The translations under genes were made by a program, and so were the position numbers. The notes under the pieces were generated by a model, which did no database searches, had not been told where the DNA came from, and worked only from the letters and a program-made list of their open reading frames with translations. A stretch of DNA of 54,585 bases, taken from NCBI GenBank assembly GCA_000388065.2, contig KB932209.1; one strand, 5' to 3'. The DNA comes from Fonticula alba ATCC 38817. Lineage: Eukaryota > Protista > Nucleariida. Shown piece after piece: positions 20,588-32,882 of this stretch (position 1 is the stretch's first letter; every line of letters starts with the position of its first letter).

Positions 20588-23500
20588 TTACGAGCGCGGC
20601 GGCAGGCAGTGGGAGATGTGCGCGCCGAGGCCCGGGGCCGACACGAAGATGGCCAGACGGCTCATCTCCTTGATGGACATGGTGCTGACCGAGGCATAGT
20701 CGAAACGGCCACGCAGGTCGGTGTAGCCGTCCTTGACGAACTTGGCCTTGCCGCCCTCGCCGCCGGAGGCCGGCATGGCGTACACCTTGCAGTAGGCCCC
20801 GCGCAGGGCACGGCCGGTGACCTGGTTGGTGGCCAGGAGCTGGCCATAGTTGGCCGACAGCTGGACCGCCACCACAGAGCTGGAGTAGAAGGCCGTCTCG
20901 GTGGGCAGAGAGGCCACACGCTGGAGCAGCGGCGCCGTCGAAGCCGGCTCATACATGGCCGCCACCTCGATGACAAAGTTGCTGGACCGGTAGCGCTCGG
21001 CCAGCGGCAGGACCGAGGTGTTGACCACGGCCAGCGAGGCGGCGCCACCATCCAGGCGAAGGATCTCCTCGTGGGCCGGCATGACAAACTGCGCGGCGAA
21101 GGTGTCGCTGCTGCCGGCGTCCGACGGGCCGCGGGAGCGCTTGGTCGGGCGCGAGTTGTCGGACTCGCCGCCTGGGGACCCGCCGCTGCCGCCGGAGCCC
21201 TGCCCCGACAGCTCGGCCGCGAAGGGCTCCTGGCTGAACATCAACTCGGTGTTGATGGGGAAGTAGCGAACCCGGACGGCCTTCAAGCCGCGATGGGTCA
21301 CACGCAGCGAGTAGCTGTCCACGACCAGCGTAAAGGAGAACACCGGCTGGGCGTCCACCACGGCGGTCATGCGCTTGTTGCGCGCATCGGCCCCCGAGTG
21401 CGAGGTCTCCGTATGCACCACCGCCGGGGCATCCGACGGCTGGCCCTCGCCACCATCGGCCACCGCCACCGCCGGGGCGCCCTCCTGCTTGGTGGAGGAA
21501 GCCGCCGGGCTGGCGGCGGAGGCCAGCTGCTGGTCGCGCTCCACCTCGTCCAGATACTGGCTGATGTCGGCGAAGTGCTTCTGCCAGCCGAGGGCCGGGC
21601 AGTCGGCATGCTTGTTGGCCAGCTGCCGGGCCAGCGGGAAGGTCAGGGCACGAGTGCCATCCGAGTCGCCCTCGGAAATGGGCGACAGCAAATCCAGGTA
21701 CGCCACCAGGTAGTCCAGCTGGATGCTGTTGCCCGGGGCCTCCGGCCGGTAAGTGGGCACAATGAACCGGGTGAGCACATCACGCGCGGCCTCAATGCGA
21801 TCCTGCAGGATCGGGTAGCAGCAGGCCACCAGCCACTCGTCCACCGTCGGCCGGCGGTTCAGCGCCGCCAGGTAGCTGATGAACCGGTGGTAGTGCCCGC
21901 GGAAGCTGTCATTCAGGATGTTGATGTGCTTGGCGCCGAAGTGCTTGCCGGTGGTGGCGCCGGTCGGGGCCGACTGGGCCACGGCCACGGCCAGCGAGGC
22001 GACAGCATCGGCCGCCGTGGCCACCGGCGCCGCCGGCCCATCGCGGTCCGAGCCGAACTGATGGCTGCGCGGGTTGACCAGCGGCGAGTAGTCATACACA
22101 TCGACACTGAAGCCCGGCATGTCCACCATCGGCCGGTGGCGGAGGATGGGCGTCTCCAGGGTCACCAGACGCAGGCTGTTGACCAGACGCCGGTTGATGT
22201 GCGACTGCTCGAGCAGATCGCGCACACACTGCACCAGGAAGGCCGGCTGCCCGGCGGCCCGGCCGGCGGCCCCGGCACCGGGGTTGGCCTTCCAGGCCGC
22301 CTGCAAGTGCGTCAGGGCAAAGCGCCAGACATTGGCATCGAAGTGCCCGGCATCGCGCAGGGCCGCGACAAAGTCACGGAAGAAGTTGATATCCTGCCCC
22401 AGGCGCCAGAACACCAGACCCATGTTCAGCTGGTTCACGCGGACATCCTCCCGGCGAAGGTGCGCCAGGATCTCCTCGGCCGGGGTGTTGGCATCCGAGC
22501 AGAGGGTGGCCCAGGAGGCCGGGGCCGCCGCGGCCCCGGTGGCCGAGGACCCGGCCGCCGTGGTGGCCAGGGCAGCACGGCGGGCATTGCGCTCCTGCAG
22601 GCTGTCCACGACATCCAGGATGCGCGGCTCGGCCGGGGCCACACCCAGCAGCTGCGGCACCGAGGACGACGTCGACAGGGACACATGCGCCGGGTAGACG
22701 GCGAAGCGCCCGGCCCGGGGGAAGTAGAAGGTGAACTCCGTCCGGTGAGCCTGATACGGGTACAGGGTAATCGGCAGGTTGGAGATCAGCGAAGAAATGG
22801 GCATCGACCCGTCCGGCAGCTCGATGTACGGGTTGACCACCACCGAGGCGGAAGTCATGTTGATCATGATGACGAAGCACCGATAGATGCGGCCGACAAT
22901 GAAGGGCCCGGTCTCGGTGCGATCCATGGACAGGCCATTCGGCAGGCGGATGGTGCTGTCGGTCGGGTCGATGAAGCGCTGCACCATGAAGATGGGCGAG
23001 GCGCCGCCGGCAGCCGTGGCGGAGGTGGTGCCGCCGGTGGACGCCGAGGTGGCCCCGGCCATCGTCGCATCGGCCGCCGGCGACCGGCCCGTCTCCACCA
23101 GGTCCAGGTGGAAGGCAATCACCGGGCTGGAGGAGGAGATGTGCGTCAGAGCACCCTCGACGGCGATGTTGACCGGGGTGGCGGCGGCGGTGGCGGCGGT
23201 GGCAGAGCCGCTCGGCAGCGCCGCGCCCAGGGGCAGATCCAGCGCGAAGAGCACCAGCAGCAGCTCATTCACATTGCCCGTGGCAAAGAGGAAGTTCCCC
23301 GAGAGGAAGCCCTCCAGGCGGCCATGGCGAGCGTAATCCGCCCAGAAGATCCCCGGGCCGATGAGCGACTCCGAGTAGCCGGAGCCACAGGCGAAGTACT
23401 CACTCTCGCCATACTGCCGGGTGACATCCAGCGACTCGTAGCTCGGGTCCTGGTCGACCTCCATCTGGTCGCTGAGGGCGGCCATCTCATCGTAAGAGGG

Positions 23501-26500
23501 CATGGCATTGGCGAAGGCCCCGCCACGCGTGGCGGCCATGGACTTCTTGGCCATGCGCAGCGGAGCCGCGGCCATGCTCATCAGCCCGGCGGACTTGACG
23601 CTGCGCGACCGGGTCGGCATGCTGCTCATCTCGGCATCCACGGACATCAGCGACATCGGGGCCGCCATGCGAGCCATCATCAGCTGCGGCTGAGGGGGCC
23701 CGGCCATGCAGGCCACCGGCGGTGGGGGCGCCGCGCCAGGGGCAGGGCACCGGGCGGCGGGCGGCGGCGGCGGCGGGCCACCGGCCGCCATAAACCCACC
23801 CCCGAAGCCCATCAGCATATCGCCACGGCCGGAGGAAGACCGAGACACGGCAAAGGGATTGCCCGCCGAGTCGTCATCCTCATCCTCATCCAGGTTCAGC
23901 TCCTCGGCGTCGCTGTCCCCATCGTCGGAAGACACCTCCTCGAAGGAGTCGGAGTCGGTGGACTTGTCCGAGTCACTGGCATCACTGTCAGCCTCATCGT
24001 CCTTGGACGCGGCGTCGGACTTCTTGGTGTCGAGCTCACTGCTCCCGAGAAGCTCCTGCAGCAGATCATCAATGTCATCCGAGCTGTCGAGGACCATCTT
24101 GTGGTGCTCGGTCCACTGGGTCGGGTCGGCGGTCTCCGGGGCCAGAAGCTCCACCCGGCGAAGGGCCGCCAGGCGCTGCTCCGGGGTCACCTGGTGCCCG
24201 GGAGACTCGGCGAAGCCCAGCAGCAGCAGCTCAAACACATTCAGCGACTGCATGGCCACCGGGCTGGTGTAGAATTCCAGCGACTCATCCAGCAGCCAGC
24301 GATCGATGAAGGTGTGCCGGACCTTGGCCACCAGCAGCGGGCGCACATGCTCCTCGAAGAAGACACGATCCCGGCGCCAGATGAAGAGATGCAACTCGTG
24401 CGAGGCATGCTTCGACAGCCAGTGGCGCTTCTGCGCGGTGGTCAGCGCCGGCCAGGCAAGCATGCGCGTCAGCAGGCCGTCCGCCGCCGGGGGAAGGTTC
24501 GACCGGGACTGCCGCAGCAGCGACACCACCGAATCCAGCGTCGACAGCAGCCGATAGCTGGACAGGGCCGAAGTGGACACCTGGATGGCCGGCGCGGCCG
24601 GGGTCAACAGCGACACCTTGCGATCGATGACAAAGTCCCCGAGGGCCGGGGCCAGGTGGGCCTCGGCCTCCTGGCCCGGGGCCACCGGAGCCCGGGGGAT
24701 GGACGAGAAGAAGCGCACATCGCGCGAGAAGAGGTACCCGGTGGCCGGGGTGGCGGGCAGGCCGCCGGCCACGGCCGAGGGGACCCCCCCGGCCGCCGGC
24801 CGCGGCCCCTGCTGGAGGGCCACACGCAGGGAGGCCGTGGACTCGGTGTCGGCCGCCAGGACCTCGGCCACGGTCCACGGACAGGCGCCATTGGACACCG
24901 GCGGCAGCGGGATCACCAGGCGCCCGGACCGCAGGCACGGCCGCAAATTGGTCAGGGTCACGGCCACCGGGGCCAGGAAGTCACAAGCCGGCGCCAGGTG
25001 CGACGGGCTGATCAGGTTGGTGACCGGGTGCGCATGGCGCCCGGCAAACCCGAGCGACAGGAAGTCCCCGGTGTTGGCATTGTCCCCATGGAGCAGGCGC
25101 ACATCGTCCGCCACACGGGCCGCCTTCTCCCGGAGCTGGCGGCCCACGCCAACCACATCCTCGCGATAGGCGGACGAATCGCGGACCTCATCCTTCTTGG
25201 TGGAGGTCTCCTTCAGGGGGACCGGATTGACCAGGGCATGGGGCTTGCGCAGCATGCTGCCCGGGGCCGGGCTCGAGCCGAGCTTCTGCCGGGACATGAC
25301 ATACACGGTCTCATCACCGAGGGACCGGTTGCTGGCGAAGGAGCCGGTCGGCTTGAAGCTCGGCTGGTCGCTCGAGTGGGTCGGCACCGCCGGCAGGGTG
25401 GTCGACAGCTCGGTGGAGGCATGCTCGCTGGCCAGCTGCGAGAAGACCACATGCACCCGGGTGGCAGGGGTGACATTGCCCAGGTGCAGCTGCATGGACT
25501 GGCCATCGGGCATCAGCTCGCACTGGCGGACAACCAGGTCACGCGGGGCGCGGCGATGGAAGAGCAAGTCATTCTCCAGGACCAGGTGCGAGTCGAGCCA
25601 GTGCTGGCTGCTGACCGGGGTGCCGGTGGTGCTGACCGTGCCGGCGGCACTGGCCGGGGCGCCGCCGACCGTCAGGCGGCGCTGGGCCACCAGCACCGGC
25701 CGGGCCAGCTGGCCATCCACAAACAGCTGGTACCGACCCGGGGGCAGGCCACGCGCATCGATGGTCGCATGCATGGGCCGGCTGAGCAGGGCCGCCGAGG
25801 AGGGCAGCCCCACACGCACGGCCTTCGACCAGTTGACCAGGGGCAGGGCCCTGTGCGAGAGGCTCGTGGAGAAGAGGCTGACCATGGGCGTGTGCAGGGG
25901 CTGGCTGGTGCCGGCAAAGCCGATGGGAATGTCCACCACCTCGTCCGGAGCCACAACCACCGTGTTGGAGGAGGTGGACCACATGCGGTTCTCCTGGGCA
26001 GCCGGCAGGGCGAACGTGCGGCTGATGTAACCATCGACCCAGGAACAACGGGCATGGACCTCCACCGTCAGAACACCGGCCAGCGGGCCAAGGGCCACGG
26101 TGCCCGCCTCGTCGGTCACCAGGGTCATGGCCACCCGGAAGGAGGACCCATGGGACACGCCATGGGCGCTGCCCTGGCCATCGCCATGATGCCGGCCGCG
26201 GTGGAACGGCTGGAGGTCGGCCCGGTACCGGCACCAGGTGGTCGTCAGCCAGAGGCTCAGGGTGACATTGGGCAGGGCCTCGCCGGCCGGGCCGAGCACG
26301 GCCAGCCGATAGCCGGACGCCACGTGGGGCAGCGGCGCGGCCGCGCTCCACTGCAGGTCATCACCGCCATCGGAGACGTCGGCATCCGAGAGACTGCCAG
26401 AGGCATTGGCGCTGCCCAGCGACGGGCTGGCCACCGAGGAGACCGACGCCACCGAGGCCACCGAGGCCGAGCCGGCCGAGGAGGCCGAACCACCGAGCGA

Positions 26501-27633
26501 GGTCTTCAGCTTGCCCAGGGCATTGGTCAGGATGTTGGTGGGGTTGACAATGGACCGGCGCGCGGGGTGATCCGCGCGCGGGGTCGGAGCCGGGGCATCG
26601 CCCGAAGAGCTGCACAGCGTCGGCATGTCGGATGTCTTGGCAAAGACATCGGCCGCCGGGGCCAGCTGGCTCGGGGGCAGGAGGAAGAAGTCGATCGGGG
26701 CCTGCTGCGACAGGCTGGAAGACACCTCGATGCTCTGGGAGGCCGCCAGGCGGATGGGCTCCTCGGAGCCGACAGCGCACAGGGCGCGGAGCTCCACCAC
26801 CAGGCGCACGTCCACGGAGATGAGATTCGGCGGGACGCGGAACTGGCGAACCAGGTCGGCGGTGGAGGACAGCCGCACGCGAGAGTATTGCGTGGTGATG
26901 CGGTTGCCATCGGCCGTCTGGGCGCAGATGACCAGACGACCGAGGACCAGCGGCCCGGCGGAGGCAGCCACCCCGGGAACCGGGGCCCGGAAGAAGTCCA
27001 GCGGGACCGGGACCTGGCACCCGCCGACGCGCACCACCGGCCGGACTACCAAGCTGGCCATGGTGTGCGGCATGAGGGACTCGCGCGGCAGCAAACAGGC
27101 GATGGACAGCTCGTAGTTCTCGGCCAGCCGAGTGAAGGAGCTGGCAGCCACCTGGAAGTGGTCGCCCCGCTGGAGCAGCGGCAGCTCCGACGCGATGACC
27201 GGGCGCTCCCGGCTGTCGGGCCAGGACGAGGGGATGTTGGCATCGAGCCCATCACCCCCGCGCCGAGCGCCGCTGCCACCGCCTCCGTGGGATTCGGAAT
27301 GAGCCAGGGCCTGCGAGTGGGACCCATCGCGACCGAAGGGGATGAGAATGTCACCGGAGGAGGCCGCCCGATAGGTGACCCCGGCGAACTTCACCGACAC
27401 CGGGGCCTCGCGCGTGGGCTTGACAATGGCCCCGTCGCTGTCGAGCAGGCACAGGAGATGGCCCTTGGGGACCAGCTTCTCCATGAGCGTCAGCGACTCG
27501 ATGCGGATGTGCGCGCGGCTGCTGGTACCGCGGCCGATGAACTCAATGATCTGAGATTCGCGCGTGCGTGGGGGTGTGAGGGGCGTGAGGAAACGACGGA
27601 AGGAGGGAGTTAGAAAACAGGCATCCCCATGGG

Positions 27634-27667
<34 letters not shown>

Positions 27668-29711
27668 AGCCAAGGAGCGACAGGGGAATCGGCCACGCAC
27701 ATACTCGCCCGGCTGCGTCAGCTGCGGGAAGGAGTAGGTCAGAAGCTGGCGACGGACGGGCGGCACGGCCTCGTAGGAGTGCGTCTCCTCGTGGGCGAAG
27801 CCATCCAGACCATCCAGATTCAGGTCGGTGGGGTTGGGAGCGCGGCCGTGCTTGTTGAAGTACGCCTCGATGTTCAGGCGGAAGGCCTTGATCCGGAGGA
27901 GGGGGATATTCTTCACGTGCAGGCTCAGGGACACCGGCTGGCCAGCGCGGAAGAAGGAGCGATTGGCCGCCGAGGCGAAGGTCAGCTCGGAGCTCTCGAC
28001 CAGGGACCGGTACTCGTAATCCGGCAGCGAGGCAATCCACTTGGCCTCATTGGCCGGAGTGGCGGGGAGGGCCACAGTACCGCCATTCTGCAGCATGATC
28101 CGCGCAAAGAGCGGATGGATGTCGGACGGCGTGAAGGAGGAGGTGATGGTGTCGGTCATGCCCTTCTGCAGGAAGTAGCTCTCGAAGTAGGCCTCCACCA
28201 TTCCGGGCAGGTCGGCCACCGGGGGCACTGCCCCATCATTGTCCGACACAAGGAACTGGTAGTTGGGCTCCTTGATGGTGATGCCGGACATGAAGCGGCG
28301 CAGGGAATACGGATGGAGGGTCCAGTAGCGCTCGAAGTTGGCCAGATCCAGCTTGACCGGGCCGGTCTGCCCGGCGGCCATGGCCTCGCGCGTGCGCAGC
28401 GTGCGATCCACATCCAGGAAGGCCTCCATCCAGCGGGACATGAAGGACGCCGGCAAGGAGCTCTTCTGCACCCACTTCATGTGGGTCTTCAGATACTCGT
28501 GCAGGTTCTCCTCGGTGGGGGCGCGCGAGTAGGCTGACTCGAGGTAGCGGCGATGGAGGACTGCATAGGCGAGTTGGGGGCGAGAGGGAGAGAGAGGGAG
28601 AGAGGGGGGGGGAGAGGACATGTTAGCAGGAGGACACGCAAATGCACGTTGACAGCCAGATAGGGGCAAGGCGTATGACGGGGAGAAGGAGCGTTGTGCA
28701 GGCATGTGTGTGTGTGTGTGTGTGTGCTAGGAGGCAGGCACTTACGGATGGGGTACAGGCGAAGATTGGAGGCCTTGTTGGAGGACACCTTGGAGATGAT
28801 GTACTCGATGCTGCTGGTGGGCAGAAGCTCGACGCGATCGCTGAAGTCCATGCCGGAGCTGGCGGCACGAACGATGAGCTTCGGCAGGCGCGGGTCAACG
28901 GGCGACAGAGCATGGATGAAGTTGGCCAAGTTGTCGCTCTTGACGGTGTCCGGGTTGACGAGGGCCAGTGCCTGGGGGCTGAGGGAGGTGTAGTCATAGC
29001 CTGGATACGCGACGAAGGGCCACAGAAAAAAGCGACAGAGGGCGAGAGATGGCCGGAGACAGAGACAGCGAGGGAAGGGGAGGGGGGGGGGGGGGGGGAG
29101 ATCAGAAGGGGGCCCCAAAAGGAGCGAGGAGCAACGGGCAACGGGGGAGCCACCCGATCGCCAAACAAGCTGTGCGCACCATTCTCCGACAGGAGGGCCT
29201 CGACGGTCTTCACCGGGTCGATGATGTTGTTGTTCAGCAGGGTCGGGTGGGCGCTCGCGCCGGCAGCGGCACTGCTCTTCTCGGAGAAGGGCACCGGCTG
29301 GGCCGACACATCGGGGATGTTGAAGAACTTCTGCAGGAACTGCAGAAATTGCTTCTGGAAGTCGGCCACCGCCTCCGAGGAGAAGGTCGGCCCGACGCCA
29401 TTGACCAGGAGCGAAGAGCCGAGGCGCAGCTTGAAGATGGAATCAAGCAGCTGGCTGTGCTCGTGCGATCCATTGCGCGAGAACTTCTCCAGTTCCGCAC
29501 TGATGGCCGGCAGATCCAGCGGCTGGGACACATCCTGGAGCTTGTACAGCAGCGTCAGGAAGGTCTTCACCCGCGGAGAGCTGAAGGTGGTCTCCTGCAG
29601 GAAGGCCTCGCGGTTATCGGCGAAGGCGAAAGCCTCCAGCTGCATCAGGTCATCCTTGCTGGAGAAGAAGCCCGCCTGGCTCTCGCTGTCGACGATCTGA
29701 CGGATGGTCAT
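20588..29711 (-). CDS. Giant ~2,869-aa protein, macroglobulin (MG)-domain-like, no signal peptide; exons 29711..29180, 29000..28746, 28560..27701, 27550..20588
   Basis: Introns 29001..29179 (gtgcgc/ccag), 28561..28745 (gtaagt/gcag) and 27551..27700 (gtgcgt/tcag) are phase-consistent, total 8,610 nt. Motifs: N-terminal LEAFAFADNREAFL; PVSLSLHVKNIPLLRIKAF...DLNLDGL...EY/IIEFIGRGTSSRA; C-terminal AYCKVYA...FVKDGYTDLRGRFDYASVST...LAIFV. From memory these match a family of ~2,000-aa proteins of myxobacteria/planctomycetes and scattered protists (Dictyostelium AbpF-like). The family assignment is recall, not a database result. Confidence 0.85.
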
Positions 29712-30002
29712 GGCAGTGGAGGCGACGTGCGCGGAGGGGGGAGGAAGAGGAGGGGGAGGGGGAGGAAGGGAGGGGGAGGGAAAGGGGGGAGGGCGGCGGA
29801 TGCCTTTTTGTTTGGCTGGGGTTTTCTTTGTCTTGTTTGTGTGTTTTTTGTCGAGGAACGGGGCAAAGGTGTCAGGGAGGAGGTCCGAAGGGGGAAGAAA
29901 GAAGTGGGAGAAAGTGTTCTTGGTGGGAAGACTCGGCGTCTGGGGGGCGGCACCTGAATGGCTTAAATACATCTGGCCAGGGTGCCCCATTCTGCTGGGC
30001 GG

Positions 30003-30043
<41 letters not shown>

Positions 30044-30061
30044 CTGGAGTTCAGACGTGTG
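30044..30061 (+). other. Illumina TruSeq adapter fragment (CTGGAGTTCAGACGTGTG) embedded between poly-G runs; assembly contamination
   Basis: Exact 18-nt match to an internal part of GTGACTGGAGTTCAGACGTGTGCTCTTCCGATCT, preceded by G38 (30006..30043). Confidence 0.9.
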
Positions 30062-32373
30062 GGGGGGGGCGGGGGGGGCGGAGGGGCGAGCGCTTTGGGC
30101 GAGGGGCAGTGTGCCGCCCAGCCACACAGCTCGACACCGGGACCGGAGATGTCCAGACTCTCGCGCATGAGCCCCTGTCTTTGGCAAGTGTGTCCGCCCT
30201 CGGGGTGGGCATGTTGGGGTTCGGCGGCCCGACGAGGCCGAGGACGGCTGCCCTGCACCCTCGCAAGATGCATGGTACCAGGAAGCGGGTCGGGGGGCGG
30301 GCGTGCGGGCTACTCGAGCCAGCTGGGCTTTCCCAGCGAAGGAGATTCATCTGGGCCCCTGGCGCATGTCGGCTGCCGGCGGGCGCTCCTGCCCTCGCAC
30401 CCACTTGACCGGAGGGCGTGCGGGGAGCGCCGATAGAACTATCCCCCTAGGGTCGCACGCCACCAGGAGCAGCCCCGTACCAGTTGCTCGGTCGCTCGGT
30501 CGCTCGGTCGTTCGGTCCGGGAAAACGGCCTGGGAGCCAAGCGGCCGGACCTTCGCCACCAAGATCGACCCGCCTGCCGTCCCCCCCCGGCCCGGCAGGC
30601 CTGACAGACCCCCGGCTCCGGGTGCCCCGTGCTGGCAAGAAAGAGACCGACAAACACGCAGCATCCACCGGCAAAGTGCGGGCAGGCGTTCGAACCATCC
30701 CCCAGCGAGCGGTTTATATTTTGGAATCCGGAAACTGAAACCTTTTTAAATGGAAAATACTTTGGCCGAACATTATTTCCTGCGGATGATCGGGGATGAT
30801 TCCCGGCCGGGGCCTCGCTTTCTTCCCCTCCCCTGGTGAACTGTCCGTCTAGTGGCTAGTAGCGTCCCCGTGCTTGGATACGCGCGCGCGCGTATGTGCC
30901 CCGCCCAAGCACGGGGGCCTCGTTCAGCAGGCTGTCGCCCCTCCGGGGGGCCCTCTCGGGCTTGTGTGCCGGTGCCCCCATGTCCCCCAGCCTGTGGGAG
31001 ATGCCCATCGTCCCTCCAAACCCCGGGCGAGAGGGGAGCTCCTGAGGAGCAACCGACCTGGGGGAGGGCCGGCCGGGCTCGGCGGGCGCGCCGGCTGGGG
31101 GGCTGGGAAAATATCGTGAGCGCCCGTCCCCTCTGCCCCCTGGTGAAGGTGGATGCGTCACCACCCCCGCAACATGAGCCCCTCTGCTGGAGCGACGGAC
31201 TTCCCGCACGGGCGGCCCAGGCCCGAGGGAGCCCATGGCTTGCTGGGGTCCGCACCCGGGCTGGTGCCATTTCCCAGGGTCCCCCGCGTACCGGCCGGCT
31301 CGATGAGGACCGGCGGAGCAGGCCGCCGGAAGGTGATGTAACCTGCCCCGCCCCCCCGCACCCAAGCATCTTTCTCTAGACTGCCGAAGGCACGCTGTTC
31401 GCCAAGGCACGGGCCTTTTTTTTTTTTCCCGCGCCCAGACCCTGGAGGTGGATATGGTTCGGAGGGCGCGACTGTTGCCGATGTACATTGCCCCGCGGGG
31501 GAGCGGGCTGCTCGGTCTTCCCACCCCTTTTTCTCCGGGTGAGGCCCCTTTGCAGGCAGGCCGGGCCCGATGTTCCAGCGGGTTTGGGCATGCTGACTGC
31601 CCCAGCCCGCAGGGGGAGGGAGGGGGGCGGGGGGATGGAGCCGCCACCGTCACAGCTGGGCCTGGACAAGAGGGCGGCCCCTGGAGCGGGACCGCCGTCC
31701 GGTCTGCGGGCTGTGTTGCCGTCTATTTTTTGTTATCGACAAACACTTTCGAAATCTGACGAGAGCGCCCTCTGGCCGGAGTCCCTGTCGGCGTACGGGC
31801 CGGCTGGCAGGCAGGGATGGGGCCCTATTTATTTACAATTTGTCCCGCTCCCTGCGCCTGGGCCCGGGAGTTTGCCGCGTCGGCGCCCATCGGGGCCCCT
31901 GTTCCATCGTACCCGGAGAGGCTCTCGGCCACCTCGCCCGCCTGATTGGGCTGGCCAAATGCGGAAGGCGGTCCCGGCGCCTGAACACGGCCAAGTACGC
32001 CTTTGAGGTCGCGAATCGAGTTACATCGAGTTTAGGCCGTGTCTCGTGAACAGGGCGGGGATCTGGTTCTCGAGATTGACGGATCGAGTGTGCAGATGCG
32101 TGGCAGAGATGCCTCTGTCCGCCCCCCTGCCAGGGCGCAGGTATGACCTTGTTGAGGGCATTCACGCTCTCGTTGTCTTGGAGTTACGCCCCGGGAGAGA
32201 GTGCTGTGCCACTTGGCCTGCACATGCTTGCATATCCAAATATATATATATGTGTGTGTGCGTGTAAAAATGTGTCTGTTTCTTGTGGTGGCACGCGTAG
32301 CCCGCTAAATCAAGTCTATTTCATGAGTTGAGGGAGAATACTCAAGATCCCGTCAACATGCATTCTCCATAGC

Positions 32374-32783
32374 TCACCAGGGGACGCCAAAGCTACTCCC
32401 GAGGAGGAGGGGGGGAGGGGCGGAGTGGAGGACATCCCATCCATGGAGCCGCCCCAGGAAACACCCCCGGGAAAGGGCGAGAGGTCGCGTGTCAGTGCAC
32501 TTGGTCGCAACAGAACGGGGGGCGACGCGAAATGGGGTAAGGCGTGTAGGCAAAGGCGAATGCGCGGGAGGGCGATCATACGTGGCGGTAACTGAAGGGA
32601 GGACACCATCTGGATGGGCGGCCTGCTGGGCGAGTGCTTGTGGACCAAGGTCCTGCAAGTCCGCCGGGAGGTTGTATGAGTGGACTGCCCCGCCGAAAGG
32701 CGACGATGCGGCCAGGTGCAGTGTCGTGCCCAGATTGCTGGTGAGCATGATGCCCAAGAAGAGCAAGACAATAGCAGCAATGG

Positions 32784-32828
<45 letters not shown>

Positions 32829-32836
32829 GTGTGCGT

Positions 32837-32882
<46 letters not shown>

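Noticed and set aside
19646-27613. 2,655-aa ORF on the + strand
   Set aside because: Antisense shadow of the giant minus-strand gene. Avoidance of TTA/CTA/TCA codons in a GC3-rich gene removes antisense stops. The translation is Gly/Arg/His-rich with no domains and runs through an N gap.
30667-30696. Pol III A-box/B-box-like words (cggcaaagtg, gttcgaacc)
   Set aside because: The spacing of about 10 nt is too short for a tRNA, and no cloverleaf can be folded.
31985-32043. 8-bp inverted repeat acacggcc...ggccgtgt
   Set aside because: Expected by chance in GC-rich DNA; no C/D or H/ACA boxes or other ncRNA hallmarks.
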